A DNA stretch of 63,625 nucleotides, counting the filler, from Nitrospiraceae bacterium (GTDB lineage: Bacteria; Nitrospirota; Nitrospiria; Nitrospirales; Nitrospiraceae): assembly GCA_037442105.1 (NCBI GenBank). It is 4 parts of 4 records of this genome, joined end to end, with 100 filler letters (N's around TTAATTAATTAA, not from the genome) between each part and the next. Parts side by side here need not be neighbours in the genome. Positions count along the whole stretch, not along the records: positions 1 to 17,711 come from JBBIQV010000047.1; 3 more parts are not named here. One strand, given 5' to 3'. A program made the position numbers and the translations under genes. Position 1 is the stretch's first letter. Each line of letters begins with the position of its first letter. Positions 1-8,935 of this stretch are shown one piece after another. The notes beneath the pieces are model-generated. The model was given only the letters and a program-made list of their open reading frames with translations. It was not told the origin of the DNA and ran no database searches.

Positions 1-1
1 A

Positions 2-478
2 ATGGCGAAGCTGGCCGGCGCGCGGGTCATCACGACGGTTGGAACGGAAGACAAGATTCCAAAGGCCACGATGCTGGGGGCTGACGATGTCGTCAATCAC
101 GCGCGGGACAATGTGATCGAACGGGTGAAGGCGTTCACGGCAGGGCGTGGCGTCGACGTCGTCATTGAACACATCGGCCCTCAAGTCTGGGATTTCTGCC
201 TGCATTCGCTGGCGAAGGGCGGACGGTTGGTGACCTGCGGTGCCACCACCGGCGGCGAGGTCAAGATGGATATACGGTTCCTGTTTTCCCGTCAACTCAC
301 GGTGAAAGGCTCGTACGTGGGGACAAGGGCCGAACTGGTCAAGGCAGCTCGGTTGATAGGACAGGGCAAACTCCGGCCCGTGATCGACCGGGTCTATCCC
401 CTAGCAGAGGCGCGCGCGGCGCAGGAACAGATGATTAGTCGAAGCATCTTTGGTAAGATTGTGCTCTCGGTTGGATGA
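2..478 (+). CDS. Zn-binding/MDR-family oxidoreductase (quinone oxidoreductase-like), C-terminal part
   Basis: GVDVVIEHIG, LAKGGRLVTCGAT and FGKIVL motifs of MDR C-termini; 5' end lies outside the window. Confidence 0.85.
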   Translation: MAKLAGARVITTVGTEDKIPKATMLGADDVVNHARDNVIERVKAFTAGRGVDVVIEHIGPQVWDFCLHSLAKGGRLVTCGATTGGEVKMDIRFLFSRQLTVKGSYVGTRAELVKAARLIGQGKLRPVIDRVYPLAEARAAQEQMISRSIFGKIVLSVG

Positions 479-538
479 AAGGGTGCGCAAGGGAACCATT
501 TGTCACGTCTTATCATGTCCTTATGAGGGAGGTACTTT

Positions 539-940
539 GTGTCAACGGTAGCCCATATCATGCGAAAAAATCCCAAGACGGTTGGTCCTAGGACCTCGGT
601 GCGCAGTGCGGCCAAGCACATGCGGGATGAACGAATCGGCTCGCTGTTTGTCAAGAAGGGGAGCCAGTTCATCGGCATCGTGACGGACACGGACCTCGTT
701 CGCCGGGCGGTTGCGACGAACAAAGATCTCAATAAGATGACCGTCGAGGCCATTATGACGACCCCGATCGCCACGATCGAGAGCACCAGAACAGCGCAGG
801 ATGCGCACGATATGATGGGCGACCTCGGCGTCCGCCACTTGGGCGTGACGGATGGGGGAACCATCGTCGGGGTGATTTCAGTACGGGATCTATTGGTTTT
901 CTATCAGAGGATTTCGGAGCCGAAGATTATGCAGGACTGA
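539..940 (+). CDS. CBS-domain pair protein
   Basis: GIVTDTDL and VGVISVRDLL CBS motifs; GGAGG RBS before GTG. Confidence 0.9.
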   Translation: MSTVAHIMRKNPKTVGPRTSVRSAAKHMRDERIGSLFVKKGSQFIGIVTDTDLVRRAVATNKDLNKMTVEAIMTTPIATIESTRTAQDAHDMMGDLGVRHLGVTDGGTIVGVISVRDLLVFYQRISEPKIMQD

Positions 941-965
941 AAAAGAGTGATTGGTAATTGAGCAA

Positions 966-1478
966 TCACTTGGTGAGCTCTCTGACGAGGTGTCCGAGTT
1001 CAGGAAGGATCAGCCTCTGCATGGCAAGCCGAACAGCGTTTTCGGAGCCTGGTGTGGAGAAGAGGACCCGGCCTTTGACGATGCCCGCTGTCGCTCGGCT
1101 CATGATCGCCGGTGAGCCGATTTCTTGGTAGGTCAAGTAACGGAAGACTTCGCCGAACCCGTCAAGCCGCTTTTCCAGCATCGCATCCACGGCTTCGAAC
1201 GTCGAATCACGGCGAGAGATGCCCGTTCCCCCGTTGATGATGATCGCTTGCACCGCGGCGTCTCCGCATCCGGCAGTGATGCGTTCCCGAATCTGTGCCG
1301 GGTCGTCCTTGACCAGATGATAGGCGGCCACGTCGTGCCCCTGTTCTTTGAGTAGGCGCATGATGAGTTGGCCGCTCGTGTCGGTCTCAGGTGTTCGTGT
1401 GTCGCTGCACGTGATGACCATGCAGCCGACCCTGGTCGGCGCATGGGCCTTGTGCTGATGATGGGTAGGACTGCTCAC
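966..1478 (-). CDS. moaB: Molybdenum cofactor biosynthesis protein MoaB/MogA family
   Basis: ITCSDTRTPETDTSG, GGTGISRRD, SRATAG, TPGSENAVRL motifs; start trimmed to GTG 1478. Confidence 0.9.
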   Translation of the reverse strand: MSSPTHHQHKAHAPTRVGCMVITCSDTRTPETDTSGQLIMRLLKEQGHDVAAYHLVKDDPAQIRERITAGCGDAAVQAIIINGGTGISRRDSTFEAVDAMLEKRLDGFGEVFRYLTYQEIGSPAIMSRATAGIVKGRVLFSTPGSENAVRLAMQRLILPELGHLVRELTK

Positions 1479-1492
1479 GGCTGGTGCACAGT

Positions 1493-1819
1493 TTACTTCC
1501 AGATGGCGTCGGGATTCAGTTTCTGGGCCGGCGTACCCTTCCCGATGTGTTCGTCGAGAATCGTCGTGACATCGGCCTCCGTCACCTTGGAATACCAGGT
1601 GCCGTCCGGATAGATCACGACTGTCGGGCCTTGTTCGCAAGGACCCAGGCAGGAGGAGCCGGTGACGAGAACTTGGCCCGGTTGAACGCCCCGCTGCATC
1701 AAGCCCATGTTGAATGCCATCAGTAGGGCAGCCGATCCTGCGCTGCCGCATGAGGGTTTCGGATGGCCGGGGGGTCGAGCATTCGTGCATACGAGAATGT
1801 GATATGTCGGCTTCGGCAT
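1493..1819 (-). CDS. Thioredoxin-like [2Fe-2S] ferredoxin
   Basis: CTNAR..KPSC..SCLGPCEQGP..VYP-like..WY Cys pattern; start trimmed to MPKP. Confidence 0.9.
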   Translation of the reverse strand: MPKPTYHILVCTNARPPGHPKPSCGSAGSAALLMAFNMGLMQRGVQPGQVLVTGSSCLGPCEQGPTVVIYPDGTWYSKVTEADVTTILDEHIGKGTPAQKLNPDAIWK

Positions 1820-1843
1820 GCAGTCTCCTTCGGTTGACAACCA

Positions 1844-1914
1844 AGCGGTCAGCTTTCAGTCGTCAGCTCTCAGCCGTTCTCAGAAAATAGCTGAAAGCTG
1901 AGCGCTGATCGCTG
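1844..1914. repeat. Palindromic heptamer tandem repeat (TCAGC / GCTGA family)
   Basis: ggtcagc-tttcagt-cgtcagc-tctcagc ... agctgaa-agctgag-cgctgat-cgctg. Confidence 0.75.
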
Positions 1915-1916
1915 TC

Positions 1917-2360
1917 TCACTTCGGCCGGTACGCCTGCCACTGTTCGAGACATTCATCCGGCAACTTCCAGTGCTTGATGCCCTTGATCACCCAATCGAG
2001 ATAGTGTTCCTTGGGCTTGAACTTGCCGATCGGGGTTGCGGCATGGGTGGTGACAAGGATTTTTTCGCCCTCTTCCGTGACGACGGTGACGGAAAGATGG
2101 CGGAAGGCTCCTTCAGGAAGGTCACCTTCAAATTCGTCAAGAATTTTCAGGTCCTCGTCCGTAACCTCGAACACCGCTCCCCAGACCTTCTCTCCCGGTG
2201 AGGGCACGATGCTGGCCAAGCCGCATCGCCATTGAGACGACCACCGGCAGAATCGAATGGTGTGATCCGCCAACGACGCTTTGCAGAGAAACTTGTGTTC
2301 GGGCGCCCGCCGTTTCAGTTGGGTCGGATTCAGATTATCCGCGTAGAAAAAGAATTTCAT
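1917..2360 (-). CDS. Gamma-glutamylcyclotransferase (AIG2-like) family protein
   Basis: VWGAVFEV..LDEFEG and P..YL..I.G pattern. Confidence 0.75.
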   Translation of the reverse strand: MKFFFYADNLNPTQLKRRAPEHKFLCKASLADHTIRFCRWSSQWRCGLASIVPSPGEKVWGAVFEVTDEDLKILDEFEGDLPEGAFRHLSVTVVTEEGEKILVTTHAATPIGKFKPKEHYLDWVIKGIKHWKLPDECLEQWQAYRPK

Positions 2361-2504
2361 GCTTTGGCTCAGTGTGCTACGTGTGACGTGACGCGCATCG
2401 AGCGTCGTACTTGTAACACAAGTGCGCGCACGATTGTCAAGGGGACGCGCCTGCGTTCGGAGGCGATTTATTCAACAGGGACGCGGATTCTGCGCGATCG
2501 TTCA

Positions 2505-2533
2505 TTGACTTCGGTCGTTCGGCTACCTAAGAT
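2505..2533 (+). promoter_or_regulatory. Candidate sigma70 promoter
   Basis: TTGACT-17nt-TAAGAT upstream of the ORF at 2623. Confidence 0.55.
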
Positions 2534-2622
2534 TTGCGTGATACCGTCGATGTTAAGCGCGAGATTTACGTGAGCGATCGTTCTTCACCGGCACGACCGC
2601 GCCGTCATTCGGGAGCTGCGCC

Positions 2623-3132
2623 ATGACCAACGACACGTCGTCAGGAAGTCAGGCTGCTTTGCCTTCCACGATCACGAAGATTCTTCATTATGGCGCGCTG
2701 CTCGTGCTGGTGATCGGCGGGTTGGCGTATGTGTGGCTGAAACCGCCGACGATCAATCCCGTCGTCGATCCGCTCGCCGCGCAGGCGCTCGCGCTGGTAC
2801 AAACCCATCGAGCGGCCGGCTATCCCTCCATCTTGCAGGCGTTCAACGAACACGTCCGTGTGAAAAACGAGCAAGGCAAGGGCGTCAAACTGGGCGAGTG
2901 GCGAGTTATGAAGCTTGAGCAGGATCGATACGAGGTGCGGGTCAACTTGCGCGAGGAGGGGACGAATCAGTGGTTCGAGCGCGAGTTCATCTGGCACGTC
3001 GATCTTACGACGAAACGGATCAACGCAGCATCGCTTCCTGCCGATGGCTTGATGCCGGAGGGGCCGGAGTCAGGGCCGGCTCTCCCGCCCGGACTTCCTG
3101 CCTTGCCTCCAGCGGCGCCCGCTAGAAGTTAA
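2623..3132 (+). CDS. Hypothetical membrane-anchored protein
   Basis: One N-terminal TM segment, Pro-rich tail, GGAG RBS. Confidence 0.7.
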   Translation: MTNDTSSGSQAALPSTITKILHYGALLVLVIGGLAYVWLKPPTINPVVDPLAAQALALVQTHRAAGYPSILQAFNEHVRVKNEQGKGVKLGEWRVMKLEQDRYEVRVNLREEGTNQWFEREFIWHVDLTTKRINAASLPADGLMPEGPESGPALPPGLPALPPAAPARS

Positions 3133-3439
3133 GCGGCACGGCAACCTGAACCATGTCGCCCTCGATCCGCACGGGGCGGCACGCCACTGTAAAATCCGGA
3201 TTCTCCGGCCGCTCACCGGTTCGCACGTTGAACCGCCAACCGTGCCACGGACATTCCACGATGTCACCGGCGAGCGTCCCTTCTCCCAACGGACCGCCTG
3301 CATGAGGGCAGGTGTTGTCCAGCGCGTAGAAGGCACCGTTGACGTTGAAGAGGGCCAGCAGTATTCCGTTCACGTCCACCGTCAGGCTATTCCCCGGAGG
3401 AATATCTTCGATCTTTGCCACTGTCACAAAATCGGCCAT
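3122..3439 (-). CDS. Rieske [2Fe-2S] ferredoxin (NirD/dioxygenase ferredoxin-like)
   Basis: CPHAGGPL...ECPWHGWRF Rieske motifs. Confidence 0.92.
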   Translation of the reverse strand: MADFVTVAKIEDIPPGNSLTVDVNGILLALFNVNGAFYALDNTCPHAGGPLGEGTLAGDIVECPWHGWRFNVRTGERPENPDFTVACRPVRIEGDMVQVAVPLNF

Positions 3440-3596
3440 CGGATCGAACTCCTCATAGCCTCTCCGTCCTGGCATAAGACGACAGCACTCCGTGGCTTGA
3501 TTTCATGATAAGGTTGTGGCATAGAAGTAGCGGAGTATCCCAAGACCGACGGAACACCTTTCACAGAGGAGCCGCGGTTGGGAATGAGGACTCACT

Positions 3597-4142
3597 ATGG
3601 AAATGACCTTACTGCTCAACTCGACCTACGAGCCTCTGCGCGTGGTGCATTGGCAGAAGGCGATTTCTCTGCTGTGGCAGGGAAAGGTCGAGGTGCTCGA
3701 AGTTTACGACCGGGAGATCCATGGCATCTCGATCTCCATCAAGCTGCCGGCGGTGATGCGTCTCCTGAAGCTCGTGCGGCTCAAAGACAGCCACCGGGCC
3801 GTCAAGTTTTCCCGTATCAACATCTTCACTCGCGATGGGTATACCTGCCAATATTGCAATCATAAACACCGGACCGAGGAGTTGACGTTTGACCACGTCG
3901 TGCCGATCGCAAAGGGTGGCAGGAAGACATGGGAGAACATCGTGACGGCCTGCTGGCGGTGCAACAATCGCAAGAGCGGGCGGACGCCGGAAGAAGCCAA
4001 CATGAAGCTTGTCAAGAGGCCGGTCAAGCCGCGATGGAGTCCCGTGGTTACCATTACAATCGGCATCCGGAACACGCCGGAAAGCTGGCGCGACTACCTG
4101 TATTGGAATATGGAGTTGGATACCGATCCTGCCGACACGTAG
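3597..4142 (+). CDS. HNH endonuclease (McrA-like, standalone)
   Basis: RDGYTCQYC..TFDHVVP..GG..WENIVTAC..CNNRK. Confidence 0.9.
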   Translation: MEMTLLLNSTYEPLRVVHWQKAISLLWQGKVEVLEVYDREIHGISISIKLPAVMRLLKLVRLKDSHRAVKFSRINIFTRDGYTCQYCNHKHRTEELTFDHVVPIAKGGRKTWENIVTACWRCNNRKSGRTPEEANMKLVKRPVKPRWSPVVTITIGIRNTPESWRDYLYWNMELDTDPADT

Positions 4143-4165
4143 ATCTTCTGTTCGCGTCTTGCCGG

Positions 4166-4618
4166 TCAGCGCACCGTATCGATCGTAATGTTGATGTCAC
4201 GCCCGCCGGGAAGGGTGGGGTTCTTGTCGTATTTCCCCTCCATGTCTCCTGGCTGAGCCGGTCCGGCTTGGCCGTCTCGATCGAGCCGCGCCACCACGTC
4301 CACCATCCCCCGCAATTCACTTCCCTGCACCATCACGTCCGCATTTGTGATTTCATACACAACCGGGAAGTTTGGACTGTCGATCCGTTTGACCGCTAAC
4401 GGACGCGGCATGCCTCCAGGTCGTCGCACAATCACGAAGAGCACATCAGTTGGCTTTACCTGATCGGCGAGTGCCGGCGCAATCGTCACCTGGCCGGCGA
4501 CGACTCCGGCGCCGCCTTGTGGCTCGCAGCTATGGGCGAGACCGAGATAAGCGGCAAAGGCCGCAAGACCGATGATGCCGGCCGCCATGCCCAAAGACTT
4601 TGCTGTGTAGGCTGCCAT
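4166..4618 (-). CDS. Exported protein resembling the CcmH/CycH C-terminal Ig-like domain
   Basis: N-terminal TM; VLFVIVR..PLAVKR..FP..VVARLDRDG..QPGD pattern. Confidence 0.65.
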   Translation of the reverse strand: MAAYTAKSLGMAAGIIGLAAFAAYLGLAHSCEPQGGAGVVAGQVTIAPALADQVKPTDVLFVIVRRPGGMPRPLAVKRIDSPNFPVVYEITNADVMVQGSELRGMVDVVARLDRDGQAGPAQPGDMEGKYDKNPTLPGGRDINITIDTVR

Positions 4619-4637
4619 TCGTTATCCCTGCATGCTC

Positions 4638-4821
4638 TTAACCCGGAGTATTCATGAAGGTTCGTCGCGAAAGCGCGCAGACGCGAAGCGAGACGGGCAC
4701 TCGGAGGTGTGAAGCCCTGAAGCATACTCGTGCAGTATGTTGAAGGGCTGAGCGCCGAGACTGCCCGTTGCAGCCGCGTATCCGCGCTTGCAGCAGAAGG
4801 TTCATGAATACTGCGGGTTAA
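4638..4821. mobile_element. MITE-like element, copy 1
   Basis: TTAA-CCCGGAGTATTCATGAA ... TTCATGAATACTGCGGG-TTAA terminal inverted repeats; homologous to 5635-5794 and 57936-58153. Confidence 0.8.
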
Positions 4822-4914
4822 GCGCGCGCATTATACAGAGGTCGATCGAAAAAGGGGAGGGTCCGGTTTACGCCCGGCGAGAGGCTATTGTATGATATGC
4901 GGCGATTCATGATC

Positions 4915-4983
4915 TGAAAGTCACAAGGTCTTCAAGTCCAAAGTCCCGGACGCGATGACGCTACAGGCTTTCTGACTTTGGAC
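4915..4983. repeat. Short palindromic repeat (AAGTC / GACTT family)
   Basis: gtccaaagtc ... gactttggac inverted repeat preceded by degenerate aagtc units. Confidence 0.45.
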
Positions 4984-5005
4984 GGGTTGATTCTGTGGAG
5001 GTGTT

Positions 5006-5638
5006 ATGCTTGCAAATCCAGGATTCCCTCTGTCGCTGGACGTCAGAGGCTGGCCCTGTTTGGTTCTAGGCGGAGACGAGGAGGCAGCCGAAAAAACGCT
5101 CCGGCTGCTTGAGGCCGGCGCGAAGGTCACGGTGGTGAGCCCCACGCTCAACGAAACGCTGCGGAATCTTGCGGCGTCGGCCAAAGTCATCCATCGTCCG
5201 CGCACGTTGCGGACAACCGATCTCGACAGCATGATTTTGGTGCTGAACCTCACGCGGGATCGTGATGTCTCCCGGTCCTTGCTGGAAGTGGCGCGAGAAA
5301 AGCGATTTCTACTGTGGTCGGTCGACCAGCCGGAAGCCTCCACCGTCATCATGCCGGCCGTCCTCAACCGTGGCCATTTTCGCATCGCGGTCAGTACCAG
5401 CGGCGTCGCCCCAGGGCTTTCGGGTTTTCTGCGGGAGGACATGGAAAAAATATTCGACGATGAGTTTGCCGCCTTCGTCGAATGGCTAGGGCAATTGCGC
5501 GAGCAAGCCAAGACGAACGAGCCTGATGCGGAGAAACGCCGGGCCCTCTTGCGGGAAGCCCTGGACGGGTTTCAACTCGTTGGCCAGGTGCGGTATCCCA
5601 AAGTGTGGCTGGACGAGCGGGCGAAACAGAAAGCTTAG
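5006..5638 (+). CDS. Precorrin-2 dehydrogenase/sirohydrochlorin ferrochelatase (CysG N-terminal/SirC-like)
   Basis: FPLSLD..CLVLGG..LLEAGAKVTVVSP..IAVSTSG.APG. Confidence 0.85.
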   Translation: MLANPGFPLSLDVRGWPCLVLGGDEEAAEKTLRLLEAGAKVTVVSPTLNETLRNLAASAKVIHRPRTLRTTDLDSMILVLNLTRDRDVSRSLLEVAREKRFLLWSVDQPEASTVIMPAVLNRGHFRIAVSTSGVAPGLSGFLREDMEKIFDDEFAAFVEWLGQLREQAKTNEPDAEKRRALLREALDGFQLVGQVRYPKVWLDERAKQKA

Positions 5639-5794
5639 CCCACATTATTCATGACGGTTCGTCGCGAAATCAGAATGGCATGCAGCCAATAGCCAGTAGC
5701 GAGCAGCGAGTAGCTCAGAGCCATTCGCTATCAGCTATTCGCTATTCGCTCCCCGGCAGTTGCAGCAGAAGCGCTCATGAATAATGTGGGTTAG
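5635..5794. mobile_element. MITE-like element, copy 2, with heptamer-repeat interior
   Basis: TTAG-CCCACATTATTCATGA ... TCATGAATAATGTGGG-TTAG; interior tagcgag/gctattc units. Confidence 0.8.
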
Positions 5795-5840
5795 AGCTGA
5801 TAGCTGAAGGCTGACGGCTGGAAAGGAAGGCGAACGCAAG

Positions 5841-6152
5841 ATGGTACTCCTCGAATTCAGCATGTCTCCCCTCGGCAAAGGCGAAAGCGTCGGCAAGTAT
5901 GTCTCCCGCTCGCTCGATATCATCGACAAGAGCGGACTGGACTATCGGCTCAATCCGATGGGAACCGTACTCGAAGGAGAGTGGAGCGAGGTGTTCGATG
6001 TCGTCCGCCGTTGCTACGAGCGCATGAGCAAGGATTGCAACCGCATCTCCTGCATCATTAAGGTGGACTACCGCAAAGGCCACTCCGGCCGGCTTGGCAG
6101 CAAAGTCGCCAGCGTGGAAAAGCGGCTGGGGCGGACTCTCAGGAAATCATAG
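5841..6152 (+). CDS. MTH1187/YkoF-like thiamine-binding family protein
   Basis: EFSMSPLG..SVGKYV..SGLDY.L.PMGT.LEGEW..KVASVE. Confidence 0.88.
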   Translation: MVLLEFSMSPLGKGESVGKYVSRSLDIIDKSGLDYRLNPMGTVLEGEWSEVFDVVRRCYERMSKDCNRISCIIKVDYRKGHSGRLGSKVASVEKRLGRTLRKS

Positions 6153-6221
6153 GGAGGGCAGGCCACCTGCTCCTGATGAGTCGTAGCCGATTTGTTCAAG
6201 AATTCTGGAGAGGGAAGCAAT

Positions 6222-7199
6222 TCAGAACACCGAGAACTTGAAATACTTGGTGGGATTCGTTTTCACATCGGCCACGAACTGTTCCACTTCCGTGAGCAGC
6301 TTGTCGGCGCGGGCGTAGAGCTGGTCGCTGGTCACGAGCTTCCCCACGGTTCCTTCCCCGCGCTCGACCCTATTCAGCAATTGCTCGCCGCGTGCCGTCA
6401 GGTTGTCCAGCTTTGCATAGAGGGTCGGATCGGCCAGCTTGGCCAGCGTGCCGTTTTCATTGCTCAACTTCCTGGCGAGGTCGTTCAGTTCTTTGACGGC
6501 CTGGGTCGCCCGAGCATACAGTTCCTTGTCTGTGACCAGCTTCCCGACCGTTCCTTCGCCTCGTTCCACTTTGTCGAGCAGTGCCAGGCTTTTCTCCGAG
6601 GCTTGGTTCAGTTTCTCCAGAACCTCTCTGGACCGGTTGTAGAGTTCCGGATCGTTCACGAGTTTGCCCGTCGTCCCTTGACCCTTCGTGATGGCGGCGA
6701 GTGTCTGTTGCACTTCTTCCAAGGCGGTGTTCACTTTTTCGATCAGGCTCGATGCGCCACCGGCGAGGCCGCCTATATCCATCTCGGCCTTGCCCATCAG
6801 CACGCTGCCTGGATGCAGTGACGGCTTGGAGATTGTGCCGGGGGAAACTTCCAGAAATTTGTCTCCCAGCAATCCGAGGGCACGGATGCTGATAGACGCG
6901 TCCTCGCGGATGTGGGGCGCTACATCGCTTTTGACCGTGAAGGTGATCTCGACGTGCGGCGTTTCTCCGGCGATGGTAATCCTGTGCACGTTGCCGATGT
7001 CTACGCCGTTCATGCGTACCGGTCCGCCTACTTTAAGTCCTTGCGTGTGACTCACCATCGCTCTGAACTTCGTCTGCCGGCTGAAGAGGCCCAGCCCTTC
7101 TTCAAGGTTCATGATCATGATGATGAGGAAACTCAGCGCCGCCATCACGAGCAGTCCGATTTTCACCTGTGCCCAGCCTATTTGCTCTCGTCGTGTCAT
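6222..7199 (-). CDS. mlaD: MlaD/MCE family lipid transport substrate-binding protein
   Basis: GLKVGGPVRMNGVDIGNV, GLLGDKFLEVSPG; helical GEGTVGKLV repeats. Confidence 0.9.
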   Translation of the reverse strand: MTRREQIGWAQVKIGLLVMAALSFLIIMIMNLEEGLGLFSRQTKFRAMVSHTQGLKVGGPVRMNGVDIGNVHRITIAGETPHVEITFTVKSDVAPHIREDASISIRALGLLGDKFLEVSPGTISKPSLHPGSVLMGKAEMDIGGLAGGASSLIEKVNTALEEVQQTLAAITKGQGTTGKLVNDPELYNRSREVLEKLNQASEKSLALLDKVERGEGTVGKLVTDKELYARATQAVKELNDLARKLSNENGTLAKLADPTLYAKLDNLTARGEQLLNRVERGEGTVGKLVTSDQLYARADKLLTEVEQFVADVKTNPTKYFKFSVF

Positions 7200-7244
7200 G
7201 AGGTTCGTCTCCGCTTTCTTGCTCCAGTTCGGCGCGATGGGCCG

Positions 7245-8033
7245 TCAGGCGGTGTTTCGGCCGGTCAGCGATTCCCAGTCTTCTGCAGGTAGGGTAGAGG
7301 GGTCCAGAAATCCTCGGATGGCTTTTTCCTGTCGCCCGGCTAAATCTTGTGGCGTGCCTTGGAACACGATCCGACCATGCTGGATCATGACAATGCGATC
7401 AGCCACGCGGAATGCGAGGTCGAGGTCATGGGTAACGACGACCTGCGTGACGCCTTTGGACTTGAGCTGGACGATCAGGTGTCCTATCGCAAAGGCATTT
7501 ACCGGATCGAGCCCCGCAGTCGGCTCATCATAGAGGAGGATCTGTGCGCCGCTGGCTAAGGCCCGCGCGATTCCGACTCGCTTGCGCATGCCTCCGCTCA
7601 GGTCGTTGGGCATTTTATTAATTGTGCCATCGAGCCCGACGAACTGCAAACTCTGCCGGACGGTCTCCTCGATTGCCTCGTCGGTCAACCGTCCCTGTTC
7701 CCATAAGCGATAGCCGACGTTCTCCCGTACTGTGAGGGAGTCGAAGAGCGCGGCGCTCTGGAAAACCATCGCCATGTTCTGCCTGATCCGTGGGAGTTCC
7801 GGCTCGGGCAAGGCGGTGATCTCTTCTCCATTCACGCGGATAGACCCTCGATCGGGCTTGTACAATCCGAGGACGAGCCTGAGGATGGTGGTCTTGCCTG
7901 AGCCGCTGCCGCCCAGGATGACTTTGGTCTCTCCCGCCGCGACGCCGAAGGCAATGTCATGGAGGATCGGTTGCCCACTTAGCGTGAGGTCTATGTCGTG
8001 CAGTGTAATTATCGGGGGTGAAGTCTCGCTCAT
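7245..8033 (-). CDS. mlaF: MlaF-type ABC transporter ATP-binding protein
   Basis: GGSGSGKT, LSGGMRKRV, YDEPTAGLDP; start trimmed to MSET. Confidence 0.9.
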   Translation of the reverse strand: MSETSPPIITLHDIDLTLSGQPILHDIAFGVAAGETKVILGGSGSGKTTILRLVLGLYKPDRGSIRVNGEEITALPEPELPRIRQNMAMVFQSAALFDSLTVRENVGYRLWEQGRLTDEAIEETVRQSLQFVGLDGTINKMPNDLSGGMRKRVGIARALASGAQILLYDEPTAGLDPVNAFAIGHLIVQLKSKGVTQVVVTHDLDLAFRVADRIVMIQHGRIVFQGTPQDLAGRQEKAIRGFLDPSTLPAEDWESLTGRNTA

Positions 8034-8806
8034 GGAAACGCCATGTAGATCTTGGTCAACAAGAAGTCGCTGGCCAATATCAGGATGGATGAGGACACCA
8101 TCGATTGCGTCGTCGAGGCGCCGACACCGACCGTCCCGCCTTTGGTCGTGAAGCCGGCATAGCACCCGACCATTGCGATGAGAAAGCCGAACACGGCCGG
8201 TTTGACCAGGCCTAGGACGAGATCACGCTGGCGAATGGCCTCGAAGGCCCAGGTCCAATAGAAGTAGGAGTCGATCCCTAAATAGAGCCTGGCAACCAGC
8301 CAGCCGCCCAGGATGGCTATGCCGTCCGTGATGACGGTAAGCAGCGGAATCATGGCTATGCAGGCGAGGAGACGCGTGGTGGCGAGCTTATGAACGGGAT
8401 CGGTCCCTTCGGCGCGCAGAGCGTCGATCTGTTCGGTGACGGTCATCGAGGCGAGTTCGGACGCGATGCCTGTTCCAACCCGGCCTGCGACCATAATCGC
8501 GGCGAGCACGGGGCCTAGTTCCGGAACGACGGATGTGCTGATGAAGCGGGACACATAGATGCTCGCTCCGTACGGTTCGAGTTGTATGGATCCGTGCAGC
8601 GCTAGGACCATTCCCGTGAAAAGGCCGGTGAGCACCACAATAAAGAGCGAGCCGACGCCGATCCGGTCCATCTGCACGATCGTTTCCCGGGCGTAGAAGG
8701 GGGGGCGAAACACATTTATCAGCGTGCGCGCGCAGAGCTCGCTGAATTCCTGCACGACGAGGATGTATCCGATGAGATTCTGTTTGAGGTTCAACGTATT
8801 CGTCAT
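8030..8806 (-). CDS. mlaE: MlaE-type ABC permease
   Basis: ELGPVL..AGRVG..ELASM.VTEQIDAL. Confidence 0.92.
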   Translation of the reverse strand: MTNTLNLKQNLIGYILVVQEFSELCARTLINVFRPPFYARETIVQMDRIGVGSLFIVVLTGLFTGMVLALHGSIQLEPYGASIYVSRFISTSVVPELGPVLAAIMVAGRVGTGIASELASMTVTEQIDALRAEGTDPVHKLATTRLLACIAMIPLLTVITDGIAILGGWLVARLYLGIDSYFYWTWAFEAIRQRDLVLGLVKPAVFGFLIAMVGCYAGFTTKGGTVGVGASTTQSMVSSSILILASDFLLTKIYMAFP

Positions 8807-8935
8807 GAACGGCGGGAGAGGGATCCGTCGCGTCGTCGTCCGGCTGAACCGGGCGACACGTCAGCGTGGGCCCATTATAGGGCAGCGGCCAGATTCACAC
8901 AATGAGCGATCAATTTACCGCAGAGAAACTGGCCG

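Noticed and set aside
3597..4142. HNH gene as a mobile intron or defence locus
   Set aside because: Standalone among housekeeping genes, with no interrupted host gene or partner
6300..6700. Repeated DNA segments in mlaD
   Set aside because: They encode the ordinary GEGTVGKLV helical repeats of long MlaD proteins
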